NCBI GenBank assembly: GCA_963667175.2
Contig: CAXXXF010000015.1
Location: 480,001-544,000 of the forward strand
Length of the DNA stretch: 64,000 bases
Reading direction: 5' to 3'
From: Candidatus Latescibacterota bacterium
Lineage (GTDB): Bacteria; Latescibacterota; UBA2968; GCA-2709665
Shown piece after piece: positions 48,680 to 58,671 of this stretch (the stretch's first letter is position 1; the number at the start of each line of letters is the position of its first letter). Position numbers and translations under genes: made by a program. A model generated the notes under the pieces. That model made no database searches. It was not told the DNA's origin and worked only from the letters and a program-made list of their open reading frames with translations.

Positions 48680-50154
48680 GGCGTTCCTCCTTGGATTGAT
48701 GGCGGTCGGGACCACCATCATAACGGACGAACGCCGCTTTTCATACCACAAAACAACCTGCCGCTTCAATACCACACTTCAGGACGGCGGTGAAGAGGTC
48801 GAGGTCGCGGGTGTCGGCGGGATTGAAGCCCCGATAGGTCCGCCCCTTGTGCCTGCGTGGTCGGGCAAGTGCGGCGAGGCTGTGACGGCTCTTCCCGGTG
48901 TCTGGTGCTGCTGCCAGCGCCTGAAGATAGTGTTGGTTGGCCTTCAATGAGATCTCCCGATAGCGGTAGAGGTTGGCCACCCCTTTGGCCATGGGATACC
49001 AGCCCATCACGCGTTGTCCTTGCCGTATGCCCTGGCGGCGGACCTTGAACTGCCTTGGATGGTTGATCACTGTCTCTATGCGTAGTACGCGCCCGTGTTT
49101 GTCGTACATTTTTATCCAGTTCTCACACATCCGGTGTTTGACCCGTGCGCCGGGTTGGCGTTTGTTTTTGAAGTCCGTGAGGACTTCGCCCTGAAAGTTG
49201 CCGTGGAGTTTGCGTCCCAGGAAGGTCAGGATGTCCTGGGGAGAGAAGCACAGCACCGTATGTCTGAGCAGATTTTCATACAGCACCTTCAGGGCGTGGG
49301 GGCTTGTGAACATCACGTCGGTGGCGAACTCAGCCTGGTCAACGACCCAGTAATAGTCCATTCCCGAAAGCAGGTCTTTGAGCAGGGGGTTGACCCTGCG
49401 GGCAAGCCCGGAGAGAATGCGCGGCCAATTTTTCTCGACAAAACGATCGGCAAACCGTTGCGCCCGGGCCACGTCGTCGATCCATAGAAACGCGTTGTCT
49501 GCTTTGCGATAGGCAATGCCGTTTTTATCGAGCTTGCGCGCCAGGTATTCGTGGCCATTGAGACAGACCTGCACCACCAGGGGGAACCACGACTGGATGC
49601 GGATATGCAGCAACCCGAACTCACGGTCGATATAGTAGAAATAGTAGCACAGGCACTTCCGCCGGGCGTTGCGCAGGCGAGGCCTTCCTTTCCCTGGAAC
49701 CAGCTTGAAACTCTGACAGCCCTCCACGGCGCGGTACACACAGACCAGGCCGCGGGTGATCCCATCTCGTTGGGCGATGCGTCGCGCTTCCTCCTCTTTC
49801 CTGACGGTGTTGCGGTCGAGATAGAGGAACGGGCGCTTGTGCCTGCTCGCCATCGCCTCCGCGTGGGCTTTGATCGTTTTGGAATGCATCGTCACAAAAC
49901 GCTTGAAGTCCTTCAACAAAAAACCCTGATTACCCATGAAACGCTCCATCGCATCGCCAAATCCCAACGGCAGGTACCCCTTGAACAGAACCCGATCAAA
50001 ACACGATACCACGCCACTGATTTTTTCATTATATTGGTCCACGAAGTCGTTCACGGCGTTCCTCCTTGGATTGATGGCGGTCGGGACCACCATCATAACG
50101 GACGAACGCCGCTTTTCATACCACAAAACAACCTGCCGCTTCAATACCACACTT
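47403..50154. repeat. Tandem direct duplication, period 1375 bp
   Basis: 47403-48779 = 48778-50154; ORF-track entries recur with offset 1375; 2-bp TT junction overlap. Confidence 0.95.
48741..50054 (-). pseudogene. 3'-truncated second copy of the transposase-like gene
   Basis: Identical up to ...LFTAVLK, then runs through the junction (CGIEAAGCFVV*), losing the wHTH. Confidence 0.85.
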
Positions 50155-50317
50155 TTTGGTTGCGGCTGAGCAAAGCGAAGCCGCCTTAGGAGTTCAAGCA
50201 ACAAGAGCCGCTGTTCCTAGCCGCTCAAGGTATTATTCGGACCCGGCACGAATTGCCGTATCTGTTCGATATTACAACGGTTAGGTAACATCTCAAATCA
50301 GTTAGAAATGGACGCGC

Positions 50318-51376
50318 TTGGACATATTTAAGGAAGTTAAACCGGTTGAGCTTAGGCGTCTTCCTGATCGACACGACCTAGCACACGCTGTCGCGTTCTT
50401 CTTCCACGACGAACTCGCGCGCCTTGTAGTGGAACTAGAGAGGGCAGACTCATTGTCCGTTTCGTTCCAACTGAGAGAGGGGGAATTGGAAGAACTCGAT
50501 GGCCTTGTTGGGGACGAATTGTTCCAATGGCTCGTCAGCACAAATAGGGCGGATGTCGCCGATGAATTGACGTATCGTGAACTCACTGTCGCCGTATTGT
50601 CTGATGCTTGCCATTTTTTGTGTGAGTCCCTACTTGCAAGTGGCAAAGGGAAGCTCGCCGTAGCCTATGCTCTCCTTCGCAAGCCGTTCAAAGAGAGCCT
50701 CCTTCTGCTCGAGTGGCTCTGCGGTTCACAGGAGGAATTCCTGCTGAGGTTCAGCGGAAAATCCGTTGACACCTACGTACTCAACCGTCTGCCAAAGGAA
50801 GAGCGGCTGGAGATCATTCGGGCCGCCGCTAGAAATGTGGATCTTCCTGGTATCGACGAGAAATTGTTGTGGTTGGTTCGATATTCCAAGGAGTACCACA
50901 ACAGCCTTGAGACTTTGTGGACCAAGGCTACACATTTGGTCACATCGGTAAAAGCGTCGGCTACCGAACCCAGCAATCTAAACTTTGTATTCTCCCGGGA
51001 ATCTGCCATTGATGATCAGTGGGATCACTACTACTCGATCGTCCCTCTTATCCTTCGGTACTTCGTTGGGGTAGCTGAACACGTCGCTTCTCGATTCGTC
51101 GCGTGGGATGACAAACATCGTTCCACTCAGCTTTTTCTTCGAGACTTGGCTTTCATGCGTTTTGCCACCCGGCCGGGTGGTTCAGAAAACCTCAATGTGG
51201 ACTCTGATTCCCTCTTCACAGATCTGGCGACGATGGGCTTTCAGTGTACGGAATGCCTCGACACCGTGAACATCGGTGGTGATGGAGTCGACCGGCTGTG
51301 GTTGCGATCAGAAGTGAAGTGCCGTAATTGTGGTCATGAATACAGCGCCTGGGACTTCATGGGTGGTGCCAACTAG
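50318..51376 (+). CDS. HEPN-like helical protein with C-terminal CxxC-CxxC zinc finger
   Basis: AYALLRKPFKE, LWTKATH; CTEC...CRNC; AT-richer. Confidence 0.6.
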   Translation: MDIFKEVKPVELRRLPDRHDLAHAVAFFFHDELARLVVELERADSLSVSFQLREGELEELDGLVGDELFQWLVSTNRADVADELTYRELTVAVLSDACHFLCESLLASGKGKLAVAYALLRKPFKESLLLLEWLCGSQEEFLLRFSGKSVDTYVLNRLPKEERLEIIRAAARNVDLPGIDEKLLWLVRYSKEYHNSLETLWTKATHLVTSVKASATEPSNLNFVFSRESAIDDQWDHYYSIVPLILRYFVGVAEHVASRFVAWDDKHRSTQLFLRDLAFMRFATRPGGSENLNVDSDSLFTDLATMGFQCTECLDTVNIGGDGVDRLWLRSEVKCRNCGHEYSAWDFMGGAN

Positions 51377-51723
51377 GAGACTAGCACCTAGGTTGCGTGC
51401 ACGGCGTACCCTCGAATATAGTCTTACTGCTGCTTCCGAAGGCAGCGTCCTCCGACCCAACCGACCGAATAAAGACCAGCATCTGAGCGTAAATTGTAAT
51501 CGCGAAGAGTGGGTAACTTGGGGTGGGGTGGATAGAGGAGGTGTCTACCCTGAGAGCCTTCGCCGACCCTTCTTCAGTTCTTCGTGAAGCACAGGTATAG
51601 TGTCTCGATGCAGATTGGCTTACCAGAAGTCGGTTTGGAGATTTCTCGTGTTTCGAGCAGCCTATATTTCTCGTAGTTCAGAAAGTGTTCGATTAGAGGG
51701 CGAATGGATAAACCCAAGGAGGG

Positions 51724-51924
51724 ATGATGAGGTATAAAATCGCGCTTCACAAATCCGAAGAAGGCTATAGTGTCTCCGTACCCGGCCTGCCTGGTTGCTG
51801 GTCGCAGGGAGCCACAGAAGTTGACGCGATTGCAAACATCGAGGCGGCCATACGCGAGTATCTTGAAGTTGTTGACAAATTGCTGGACAATGTAGAAGTA
51901 CGAGAAATCGAGCTGACGGTATAG
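51724..51924 (+). CDS. hicB: HicB-family antitoxin (short)
   Basis: GYSVSVPGLPGCWSQGATEVDAIANIEAAI. Confidence 0.9.
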   Translation: MMRYKIALHKSEEGYSVSVPGLPGCWSQGATEVDAIANIEAAIREYLEVVDKLLDNVEVREIELTV

Positions 51925-51925
51925 C

Positions 51926-52138
51926 ATGCCGAGACTGCCAGGAGTAAACCATTTGGATGCAGTCCGTGCATTAGAGAAAGCAGGATTTTACCTGGCACGC
52001 CAAAGCAAGCACGTAGTTATGACAGATGGCGTGCGCATTCTGACAATCCCGCGAAACAACCCTGTGAATGCCTTTACGATGGGAGGAATCGTCAGGGACG
52101 CGGGATTATCTATTGAGGAATTTCGCAAGCTCTTGTGA
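51926..52138 (+). CDS. hicA: HicA-family toxin
   Basis: VRALEKAGF...RQSKHVVM...TIPR...GIVRDAGLSIEEF. Confidence 0.9.
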   Translation: MPRLPGVNHLDAVRALEKAGFYLARQSKHVVMTDGVRILTIPRNNPVNAFTMGGIVRDAGLSIEEFRKLL

Positions 52139-52353
52139 TGGCCAAACTTCGGTACTGAAAATTCCCTGCCATCGGCGGATCTTGCGGTCCACATTCGGCT
52201 GTAGACGTGGCCGACCGATCTCAATCTGACGATGCCGGGTTTTTCGCAGGGACGACTGGAAGGTCGGCATTACCCAAACGTAGAGGCGTTCGTTCAAGAC
52301 ACAACTTTGAAACAGGCGAAACGCTGATCTGACCGGATCAGGAGGCAACGCCC

Positions 52354-53109
52354 TTGGAATGGTATGAAGACGAGTCGTTCTGGAAAGCGACGTATCCGTT
52401 TCTTTTTTCCGAGGCGAGGTTTGACGCCGCCGAGCAGCACCTTGACAACATCCTGGATCTGGTCGGCATCGAATCCGGGTCAGTACTGGACCTGTGTTGC
52501 GGCCCGGGCCGCAGCGCGATCCCCCTGGCGCAGCGCGGGTTTCAAGTCACCGCGGTAGACAGGAGCCCGTTTCTTCTGGGCAAAGCGAAGGCGAGGGCGG
52601 CGCACGAGAATCTGAACATTGAATGGATCGAGAGCGATATGCGGGAGTTCGAGCGGCCGGATGCCTTCGATCTGGTCCTCAATCTCAATACCTCGTTTGG
52701 CTACTTCGATGACAAGGACGAGGACATTGGGGTATTGAGCAGGATTCTTGCCAACCTGAAGCCCGGCGGACGTCTCGTCATGGATCTCATGGGCAAGGAG
52801 AAGCTGGCACGAATCTTCCAGCCGACGACGTCCGAAAAGCTTGAAGACGGCACCCTGCTGGTGCAGCGGCACGAGATCTTCGACGAGTGGACACGCGTCA
52901 GGAATGAATGGATTATCATCAAGGGTTCGGAGGTCCGCACCTTCGAGTTTCACCACACGATATATTCAGGGCAGGACCTGAAGGACAGGTTGATTGCCGT
53001 TGGATTTGGCGACGTGAAACTCTACGGGAGTTTCGACGGGGAGGAATACGGCACGGAATCCAACCGGTTTGTGGCGGTCGCCAGGAAACCCTCCCTGACA
53101 GCTGCCTGA
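52354..53109 (+). CDS. Class I SAM-dependent methyltransferase
   Basis: VLDLCCGPG, VTAVD, DMR, SFGYF, LKPGG. Confidence 0.92.
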   Translation: MEWYEDESFWKATYPFLFSEARFDAAEQHLDNILDLVGIESGSVLDLCCGPGRSAIPLAQRGFQVTAVDRSPFLLGKAKARAAHENLNIEWIESDMREFERPDAFDLVLNLNTSFGYFDDKDEDIGVLSRILANLKPGGRLVMDLMGKEKLARIFQPTTSEKLEDGTLLVQRHEIFDEWTRVRNEWIIIKGSEVRTFEFHHTIYSGQDLKDRLIAVGFGDVKLYGSFDGEEYGTESNRFVAVARKPSLTAA

Positions 53110-53173
53110 TCATACGGAAGGAAGAGCTCCATCCCGGCGAAGAGGTCAGGCCCCATTTGGAGCGACAGAACTC

Positions 53174-53599
53174 ATGGACACCGTCGACATAACTTCGATC
53201 AGATACCAGAATACGCTTGAGGGGATCGGGTCCGACAATCTCGGCGGTCACTTCATGGGTTGGCCCAATCCGCCCTCGCCGGATGCGCATCTGAGGATTC
53301 TTCAGGGCAGCGATTACCTCGTTCTGGCTGTTTCCACGCAAGGAACGGTCGTCGGCTGGATTTCAGCCATCTCGGACGGCGTGTCCTGCGCATATATTCC
53401 ACATCTAAGCGTACTGCCGGCATACCAGGGCAAGGGCATTGGCGCCGAGCTTGTCAGGCGGATGCGCGAACAGGTTGGACACCTTTACATGATCGACCTT
53501 GTGTGCGACCGGGACGTGGCTGATTTCTACGTCAAGCAGGGTTTCTCGGAATGCGTGGGCATGGTCGTTCGCAATTTCGAGCGACAGAACTGCGAATAG
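53174..53599 (+). CDS. GNAT acetyltransferase
   Basis: VLPAYQGKGIG, FYVKQGF. Confidence 0.9.
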   Translation: MDTVDITSIRYQNTLEGIGSDNLGGHFMGWPNPPSPDAHLRILQGSDYLVLAVSTQGTVVGWISAISDGVSCAYIPHLSVLPAYQGKGIGAELVRRMREQVGHLYMIDLVCDRDVADFYVKQGFSECVGMVVRNFERQNCE

Positions 53600-53606
53600 G
53601 GTTTCG

Positions 53607-54395
53607 ATGACGCCTCATTCCAGCGATGTGATTTCCGAAGAAACGGCTCGGTACTACGCCGCGCGTGCTCCGGAATACGACCGTAGCGCGGGGTATCTGA
53701 CGCTCGACGCACATCCTTACCGCGCTGCGAAGAAGAAGCGATACCAGCAGCTGTTTCATGGCCACGACGTACTCGAGATTGCGTGCGGGACGGGATACTG
53801 GACGAACGCCCTTGCGGAAACCGCGACGTCGATTGTCGGCATTGACGTCAACCCGGAAATGATCTCACGTGCGCGCTCCAGGTGCGAACAGCTCCCGCAC
53901 GTGAACTTCCGTCTGGCTGACGCGTATTCCCTGGATCCCGCGGTCGGTACATTCACGGCGGCGTTCGCTGTGTGGTGGTGGTCCCACGTCCCCAGGTCCC
54001 GCCTGCGGCAGTTTCTGCAATCGCTTCACCGCAGGCTGATTCCCGGAGCGTTTGTGCTGTTTTCGGACCAGCTTGAATATGAAATTCCCAAGGTTGATGG
54101 AATGGCCACACAAAGGCATGAGAATGCGAACGGCGATACCATCGAGCGGCGGGTTCTATCGGATGGGCGAGAGTACGATATCGTAAAGAATTTCCCGACG
54201 GAGCGGGAACTTGTTTCATCCGTGAGTGGCTTCGGATCGGACATTCAGTACCGGGAGTGGCCGGGAGAAAAGCATTGGGAACTGACGTACAAGTCTGGCA
54301 AAACGCAAGATAGGGCAAAACCCCGAATAGCATCAACCAACTCCTCGAGTATTACGAGATCGCATTCTCTTTCCGCGATATTCCGCGGGAGGTAG
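53607..54395 (+). CDS. Class I SAM-dependent methyltransferase
   Basis: YYAARAPEYD, VLEIACGTGYWT, WWSHVP, IVKNFP. Confidence 0.88.
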   Translation: MTPHSSDVISEETARYYAARAPEYDRSAGYLTLDAHPYRAAKKKRYQQLFHGHDVLEIACGTGYWTNALAETATSIVGIDVNPEMISRARSRCEQLPHVNFRLADAYSLDPAVGTFTAAFAVWWWSHVPRSRLRQFLQSLHRRLIPGAFVLFSDQLEYEIPKVDGMATQRHENANGDTIERRVLSDGREYDIVKNFPTERELVSSVSGFGSDIQYREWPGEKHWELTYKSGKTQDRAKPRIASTNSSSITRSHSLSAIFRGR

Positions 54396-54610
54396 ACGTT
54401 CTGGAGGAGGCCGCCCGTCGCTTTGCAGAGATCCCTGTCAAGACCTTTCTCGAGATCGGATGCGGCAACAGCCCCCTCATGGAAGAGCTGGCAGGCAGAG
54501 GCTACGATTTCATAGGAATCGACACAAGTGACGAAATGCTCACGTACTCGAAGGAGAAAGCCAGGAAACGGGGAGTTCACGCGCGGTTTGTGAAGGCGAT
54601 CATGGAAGAC
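54347..54610 (+). pseudogene. Truncated methyltransferase fragment
   Basis: EYYEIAFSFRD...FLEIGCGNSP...GIDTSDEML; no start codon upstream of the motif after the stop at 54311; C-terminal half absent. Confidence 0.7.
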
Positions 54611-54662
54611 CGTTCTCTGCGTTCTCCGCGGGCTCTGCGGGTAAGAAGAGACGGTACAGATT

Positions 54663-56936
54663 TTGGAGGTCATCGCTATAATCAAGCCAGGTCACGAGTG
54701 GGTACGGCGGGCGCGCACCTTTCAGATAGAGCAATATCACCCGCCCTTCTGGCCCGACATCGACTTTGACGCGAAGCAGCTCGTCGATGTCGTGCGGAAA
54801 TACCACGCCAACGCTATCCGGTTCGGCAGCGCGGGTAAATGGGCGGTCTTCCCCAATGAGTTCTTTCCCCCGCACCCTCAATTAGGTGAGCGCGACCTGC
54901 TCGCCGAGACTATCGCCGAGGCCCATGCGCGGGAGGTGCGCGTCATCGGGTACATTCCCGTGGGGCACATTATTCCCGAAGATAACATGCTGATCCATCA
55001 TCCGGAGTGGATGTACCGCCCCAGCCCCGAAGGCGACGCTCCTGTCCTGAGGCACCACGGCGGCGGATTTCACCGGCACCTCTGCTTCAACACACCGTAC
55101 CGAGAGGCCATCTGCGCTTTCATCGCACAAGTGGTGGACCACGACGTCGACGCGATCTACACCGATTCCGCCTGTCCTTACCATTCGCACCACACCCCGC
55201 AGTCGCCCTTGTGCTACTGCGACTATTGCCTCGAGAAGTTCGAGAGGCAATTGGGCTGCCCAATGCCGTATGCACCCGATCCGCACAGCCTGCCTCGGGA
55301 AGACCGGGAGATGCTGGAAGCGTGGAGCCTGCAGTACGGCAGGATCGTCGGCGAGGTCTTTCTCGAATTCGCCGCCGCGACGCGAAAGAAGAAGGACATC
55401 CCGGTGCTGACGCACGGCCTGGGTGTGGGCAACTGGCCCGAACGCAGGATCGTGGAGGCGCACGATGGATTCCTCTACGAGGCCGGGGGCGACTTCCTTC
55501 ATCGGCTCGAGGCGGCCAGTCTGGCCGAGTCGTCGGGATGGGCCATGTGGCAATACGTCGGCGCCTTGACGGGCTGGTCGCGGGCGCAGTGCTTCGGCAT
55601 GGAACTCGTCGAGGAGGCCGCAGCCAGCTTTGCTTCCGGAGGGGGCGTCCTGGTGGCGTGCGGCGTGAACCTTTGGCTGTCGCCTCCCCATAAGGCCAAT
55701 CGTGAGCTGGCGGCGCTCCTTGAGATCCTGGAGAGGAACGAATCACTCTTCGAAGATCTCCACCCGTCACCGTTTGTTGCGATTCCGTTTGTTTTGCCGG
55801 TGCGGGTGTATGAGATGCTCGAGCGGTTGCGGTTCCGCGCCGAGCCCCTGGTGATGCGCGATCGTCCGCGCGATGTCATCGGCCAGTCCAGGCAGGACCT
55901 CGCCGACCGTCCGGGGGAGCTCGAGGCCCCGCTCTCCGAGGCGGGCTATCTTGTGCGCACGCCCCCGCAGCAATCCTGCCGTCGCGGGGCCTTCTCGGCC
56001 ATGCTGGCCAACCATTTGCCGACGTCGGTGATCGAGGAGCGGGTTCTCTCCGATGCAGCGGCGTTGGCAAAGTATCCCGTTCTGCTTCTGCCCAACGTCG
56101 GCCATCTCACGCGGGAGGAAGTCGAAGGCATCACGGAATACGTGAAGGCGGGCGGGCGGCTCCTGGCGACGTACCGGACGAGCCTGTACGGCGCCAAGCC
56201 CGATGAGATGCGAGACAACTTCGCCCTGGCGGACCTTCTGGGCGTGGACCGCGTGGACCCGAACCCCGACCAATTCGCTGATTACGAACAACACCTCTGG
56301 GCCGCCGGGACGTTCGACACGTACGGCTGCTGCGTTCCGGGTCAATGGCTGGCCGAGGGGTGCTCGCATGAGCTGTGGCCGCTCAATCGGTTCGAGTTCG
56401 TCCAGGCGCGGCCGGGAACCGACGTGGTGGCGAACATCGTCTTCGGCGGGCGCGAGGACGACGCTCTGTGTCCCGCCGTCACCTGCCGGACGGTTGGCAA
56501 GGGCCGCGTCGTCTATCTGGCCGCGCCGGTGGAGGAGCTTCATTTCGAATATCGCCTGCTGGTGGTCCGCGATCTTCTGGGCGCCGTGGTGGATTGGCTC
56601 TACCCGGAGGGCCGGCCTCTGATGACCGATGGCCCGAACCAACTCGTGATGATTCCGAATGAGAAACCGGGAAGCCAGGTGTTGTTTCTGATCAATCACA
56701 CCGGCGAGCGCGTCGAGCATCTGCCGGGGATCTGGCCGCGCTTCAGCCCACAGTTTGACTATGTGACCACGATACCCGAAGTGAACCTGTGCTGGCAGCT
56801 CACGGAGCGGGGCACTCCTCGTCGCGTGTGGGACGTTTGCACGGGAGATGACCTGGAGGTCACGTTCGACGGAAACCACCTGGAAACCATATTAACGAAC
56901 ATCGGACAGTACGCGATGATTGCCGCTGAGTTCTGA
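54663..56936 (+). CDS. Glycoside hydrolase-like protein (GHL6/GH42-like barrel + trimerisation-like domain)
   Basis: HPQLGERDLLAE, HPEW, CFNTPY, DAIYTD, CYCDYC; YPVLLLPN...YVKAGGRLLAT, GKGRVVY. Confidence 0.75.
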   Translation: MEVIAIIKPGHEWVRRARTFQIEQYHPPFWPDIDFDAKQLVDVVRKYHANAIRFGSAGKWAVFPNEFFPPHPQLGERDLLAETIAEAHAREVRVIGYIPVGHIIPEDNMLIHHPEWMYRPSPEGDAPVLRHHGGGFHRHLCFNTPYREAICAFIAQVVDHDVDAIYTDSACPYHSHHTPQSPLCYCDYCLEKFERQLGCPMPYAPDPHSLPREDREMLEAWSLQYGRIVGEVFLEFAAATRKKKDIPVLTHGLGVGNWPERRIVEAHDGFLYEAGGDFLHRLEAASLAESSGWAMWQYVGALTGWSRAQCFGMELVEEAAASFASGGGVLVACGVNLWLSPPHKANRELAALLEILERNESLFEDLHPSPFVAIPFVLPVRVYEMLERLRFRAEPLVMRDRPRDVIGQSRQDLADRPGELEAPLSEAGYLVRTPPQQSCRRGAFSAMLANHLPTSVIEERVLSDAAALAKYPVLLLPNVGHLTREEVEGITEYVKAGGRLLATYRTSLYGAKPDEMRDNFALADLLGVDRVDPNPDQFADYEQHLWAAGTFDTYGCCVPGQWLAEGCSHELWPLNRFEFVQARPGTDVVANIVFGGREDDALCPAVTCRTVGKGRVVYLAAPVEELHFEYRLLVVRDLLGAVVDWLYPEGRPLMTDGPNQLVMIPNEKPGSQVLFLINHTGERVEHLPGIWPRFSPQFDYVTTIPEVNLCWQLTERGTPRRVWDVCTGDDLEVTFDGNHLETILTNIGQYAMIAAEF

Positions 56937-57044
56937 TTCAGCGACAAAGCGGGCTTACCGAACCATTTCGTTCCGATGATTGTCACATCCCACTAACAAA
57001 CTCAAATCGCAAATGCGACGATCTGTGAGAGAAAGGGTTGCCTC

Positions 57045-58625
57045 ATGACCGAAACGGAAAAAACCCTCTTCGATGTTCCACGGAGCGGGTCCAGGGCGCC
57101 GATGACCGAGGAGCAGAGGTGGGCCTTCGAGCTCGACGGCTATATCCTCCTCCCGAGCCTGCTCGGCGCGCCGGCAGCGGCGCACGCCACACCCGCCGCT
57201 CTGGCTGAGCATCCGGACTTGCTGGCTGCGATTGATCAGCTGGCTGGCGGGGAGTTACCGCTGTGGCACCGCGCTGCGTACGACGGTACTGAAGGGAAGG
57301 AACAGGAGTTCCACACGATCAAGTTTGAGCTGGACCGGCCGTCGCGCCGCCTGACCAAAGAGGGGCAGTGGGCCAATGATCTGACGGTGGATGAGCAGCG
57401 CCGGCTGGGCTACGACACGACCAGCCGGCCCGACCGGGTGTGCGTCTGGGGGCTGCGCGCGCTGTGGGCCGTGGGCGACAGCTGCGTGGTGGTGTGCCCT
57501 GCGTCGCACAAAGCCAACGTCCAGCCGCCCCCGAGCATGGCGCGCGCCGAGGAGCTCGGGGCGACGGAGCGCGTGCAGCTCCGCGCTGGCGACTGTCTGC
57601 TCGCGGTTGCCACCACGCTGGTCGGCGCCGCCCCAGGCTCCTCGCTGCAGGAGTGCATCTTTTGCGACGACTCCCGCTACCCTGGGGGGGCCTTCGGCCA
57701 CGGCGCGACGGGTGTGGACAGCTGGCTGGATGAGCTCACGCCGGCGCGCCGAGCGCTGGTGGCCGGCCCACCACGCGGCCTCGGCCACGACGGCCAGCCC
57801 CTCAGCAACGAGCAGCAGCTGGCGCCGTCGCTGCTGGACGTCAACACGCGGCCTGATGCTCCGAACCACGAGGAGGTCTGGTTCTGGGACCTGAGAGGCT
57901 ACCTGGTGCTGCCTGGCGTGATGGACCGCGAGTGGTTAGCGCAGTGCAATGCAGCGCTCGACTCGCCCTTCGCCGAAGCCAACCGTCGGCCGGTGGCCTT
58001 TTCGAGCAGTGTCGTGGGCGAGTACCCGGACTACGAGGGCTGTTCGCAGACTATTGCCCCGGCCCCGGGCACGCGCTGCACCGAAGAGCGCGTCTCGCAG
58101 ACCTGGACCCATCCCCCACCCTTCAGCGACGGCTTTCGACGCATGATCGACAATCCGCTCGTGAACGCGCGGCTGAAGTGGATGATCGACCCGGGCTTCG
58201 TCATGACGACTTGCTACACCATCGTCAGCCGCGACGGGGCGGCCGGCCAGCCCCTGCATGGCGGCTGGTTTTACGGCGCCGGCCATACCTATCATTTCCG
58301 GGACGGACAGCCTCGTACGGAGCAGGTGAACATCGGCTGGCTGCTCCAAGACGTCGAGACGGCGACGGGCGACGGCGGACTGATGTTAGTCCCCGGAAGC
58401 CACAAAGCGCGGCTACCGCTGCCGCGCCCGAAGCAAACCAGCTGCGATCTGCCGCAGGTCAAGCATATGCAGGGGGTTGCCGGCACGGTGATCATGTACA
58501 CGGGCACGACGACGCACGGCGTGCGCAGTTGGCGCAACCCCAATCGCGAGCGGCGCTTCGTCAACACCAAAGCGGGACCCAATATACGGCGGCCGGAGCG
58601 CGAGGCGGCGCAACCGAGCCCCTGA
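57045..58625 (+). CDS. Tandem-domain PhyH-family protein (degenerate domain 1; HxG domain 2)
   Basis: FELDGYILL...CPASHK, then WDLRGYLVL...LHGG...VPGSHK...THG...RR. Confidence 0.8.
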   Translation: MTETEKTLFDVPRSGSRAPMTEEQRWAFELDGYILLPSLLGAPAAAHATPAALAEHPDLLAAIDQLAGGELPLWHRAAYDGTEGKEQEFHTIKFELDRPSRRLTKEGQWANDLTVDEQRRLGYDTTSRPDRVCVWGLRALWAVGDSCVVVCPASHKANVQPPPSMARAEELGATERVQLRAGDCLLAVATTLVGAAPGSSLQECIFCDDSRYPGGAFGHGATGVDSWLDELTPARRALVAGPPRGLGHDGQPLSNEQQLAPSLLDVNTRPDAPNHEEVWFWDLRGYLVLPGVMDREWLAQCNAALDSPFAEANRRPVAFSSSVVGEYPDYEGCSQTIAPAPGTRCTEERVSQTWTHPPPFSDGFRRMIDNPLVNARLKWMIDPGFVMTTCYTIVSRDGAAGQPLHGGWFYGAGHTYHFRDGQPRTEQVNIGWLLQDVETATGDGGLMLVPGSHKARLPLPRPKQTSCDLPQVKHMQGVAGTVIMYTGTTTHGVRSWRNPNRERRFVNTKAGPNIRRPEREAAQPSP

Positions 58626-58671
58626 TGACCTCTGGCATTTTTTCGTGGATCCTGCCGAAGGCAAATGAAAA

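Larger units (their letters stand above)
46893..50189 (-). mobile_element. Putative rolling-circle-type element with related hairpin ends and internal tandem duplication
   Basis: Related same-orientation hairpins at 46893-46920 and 50156-50189 bracket the transposase-like ORFs; no TIRs seen. Confidence 0.6.

Noticed and set aside
57045-58625. Eukaryote-to-bacterium transfer of the tandem PhyH gene
   Set aside because: Only a subjective impression of codon style; cannot be supported without a phylogeny.
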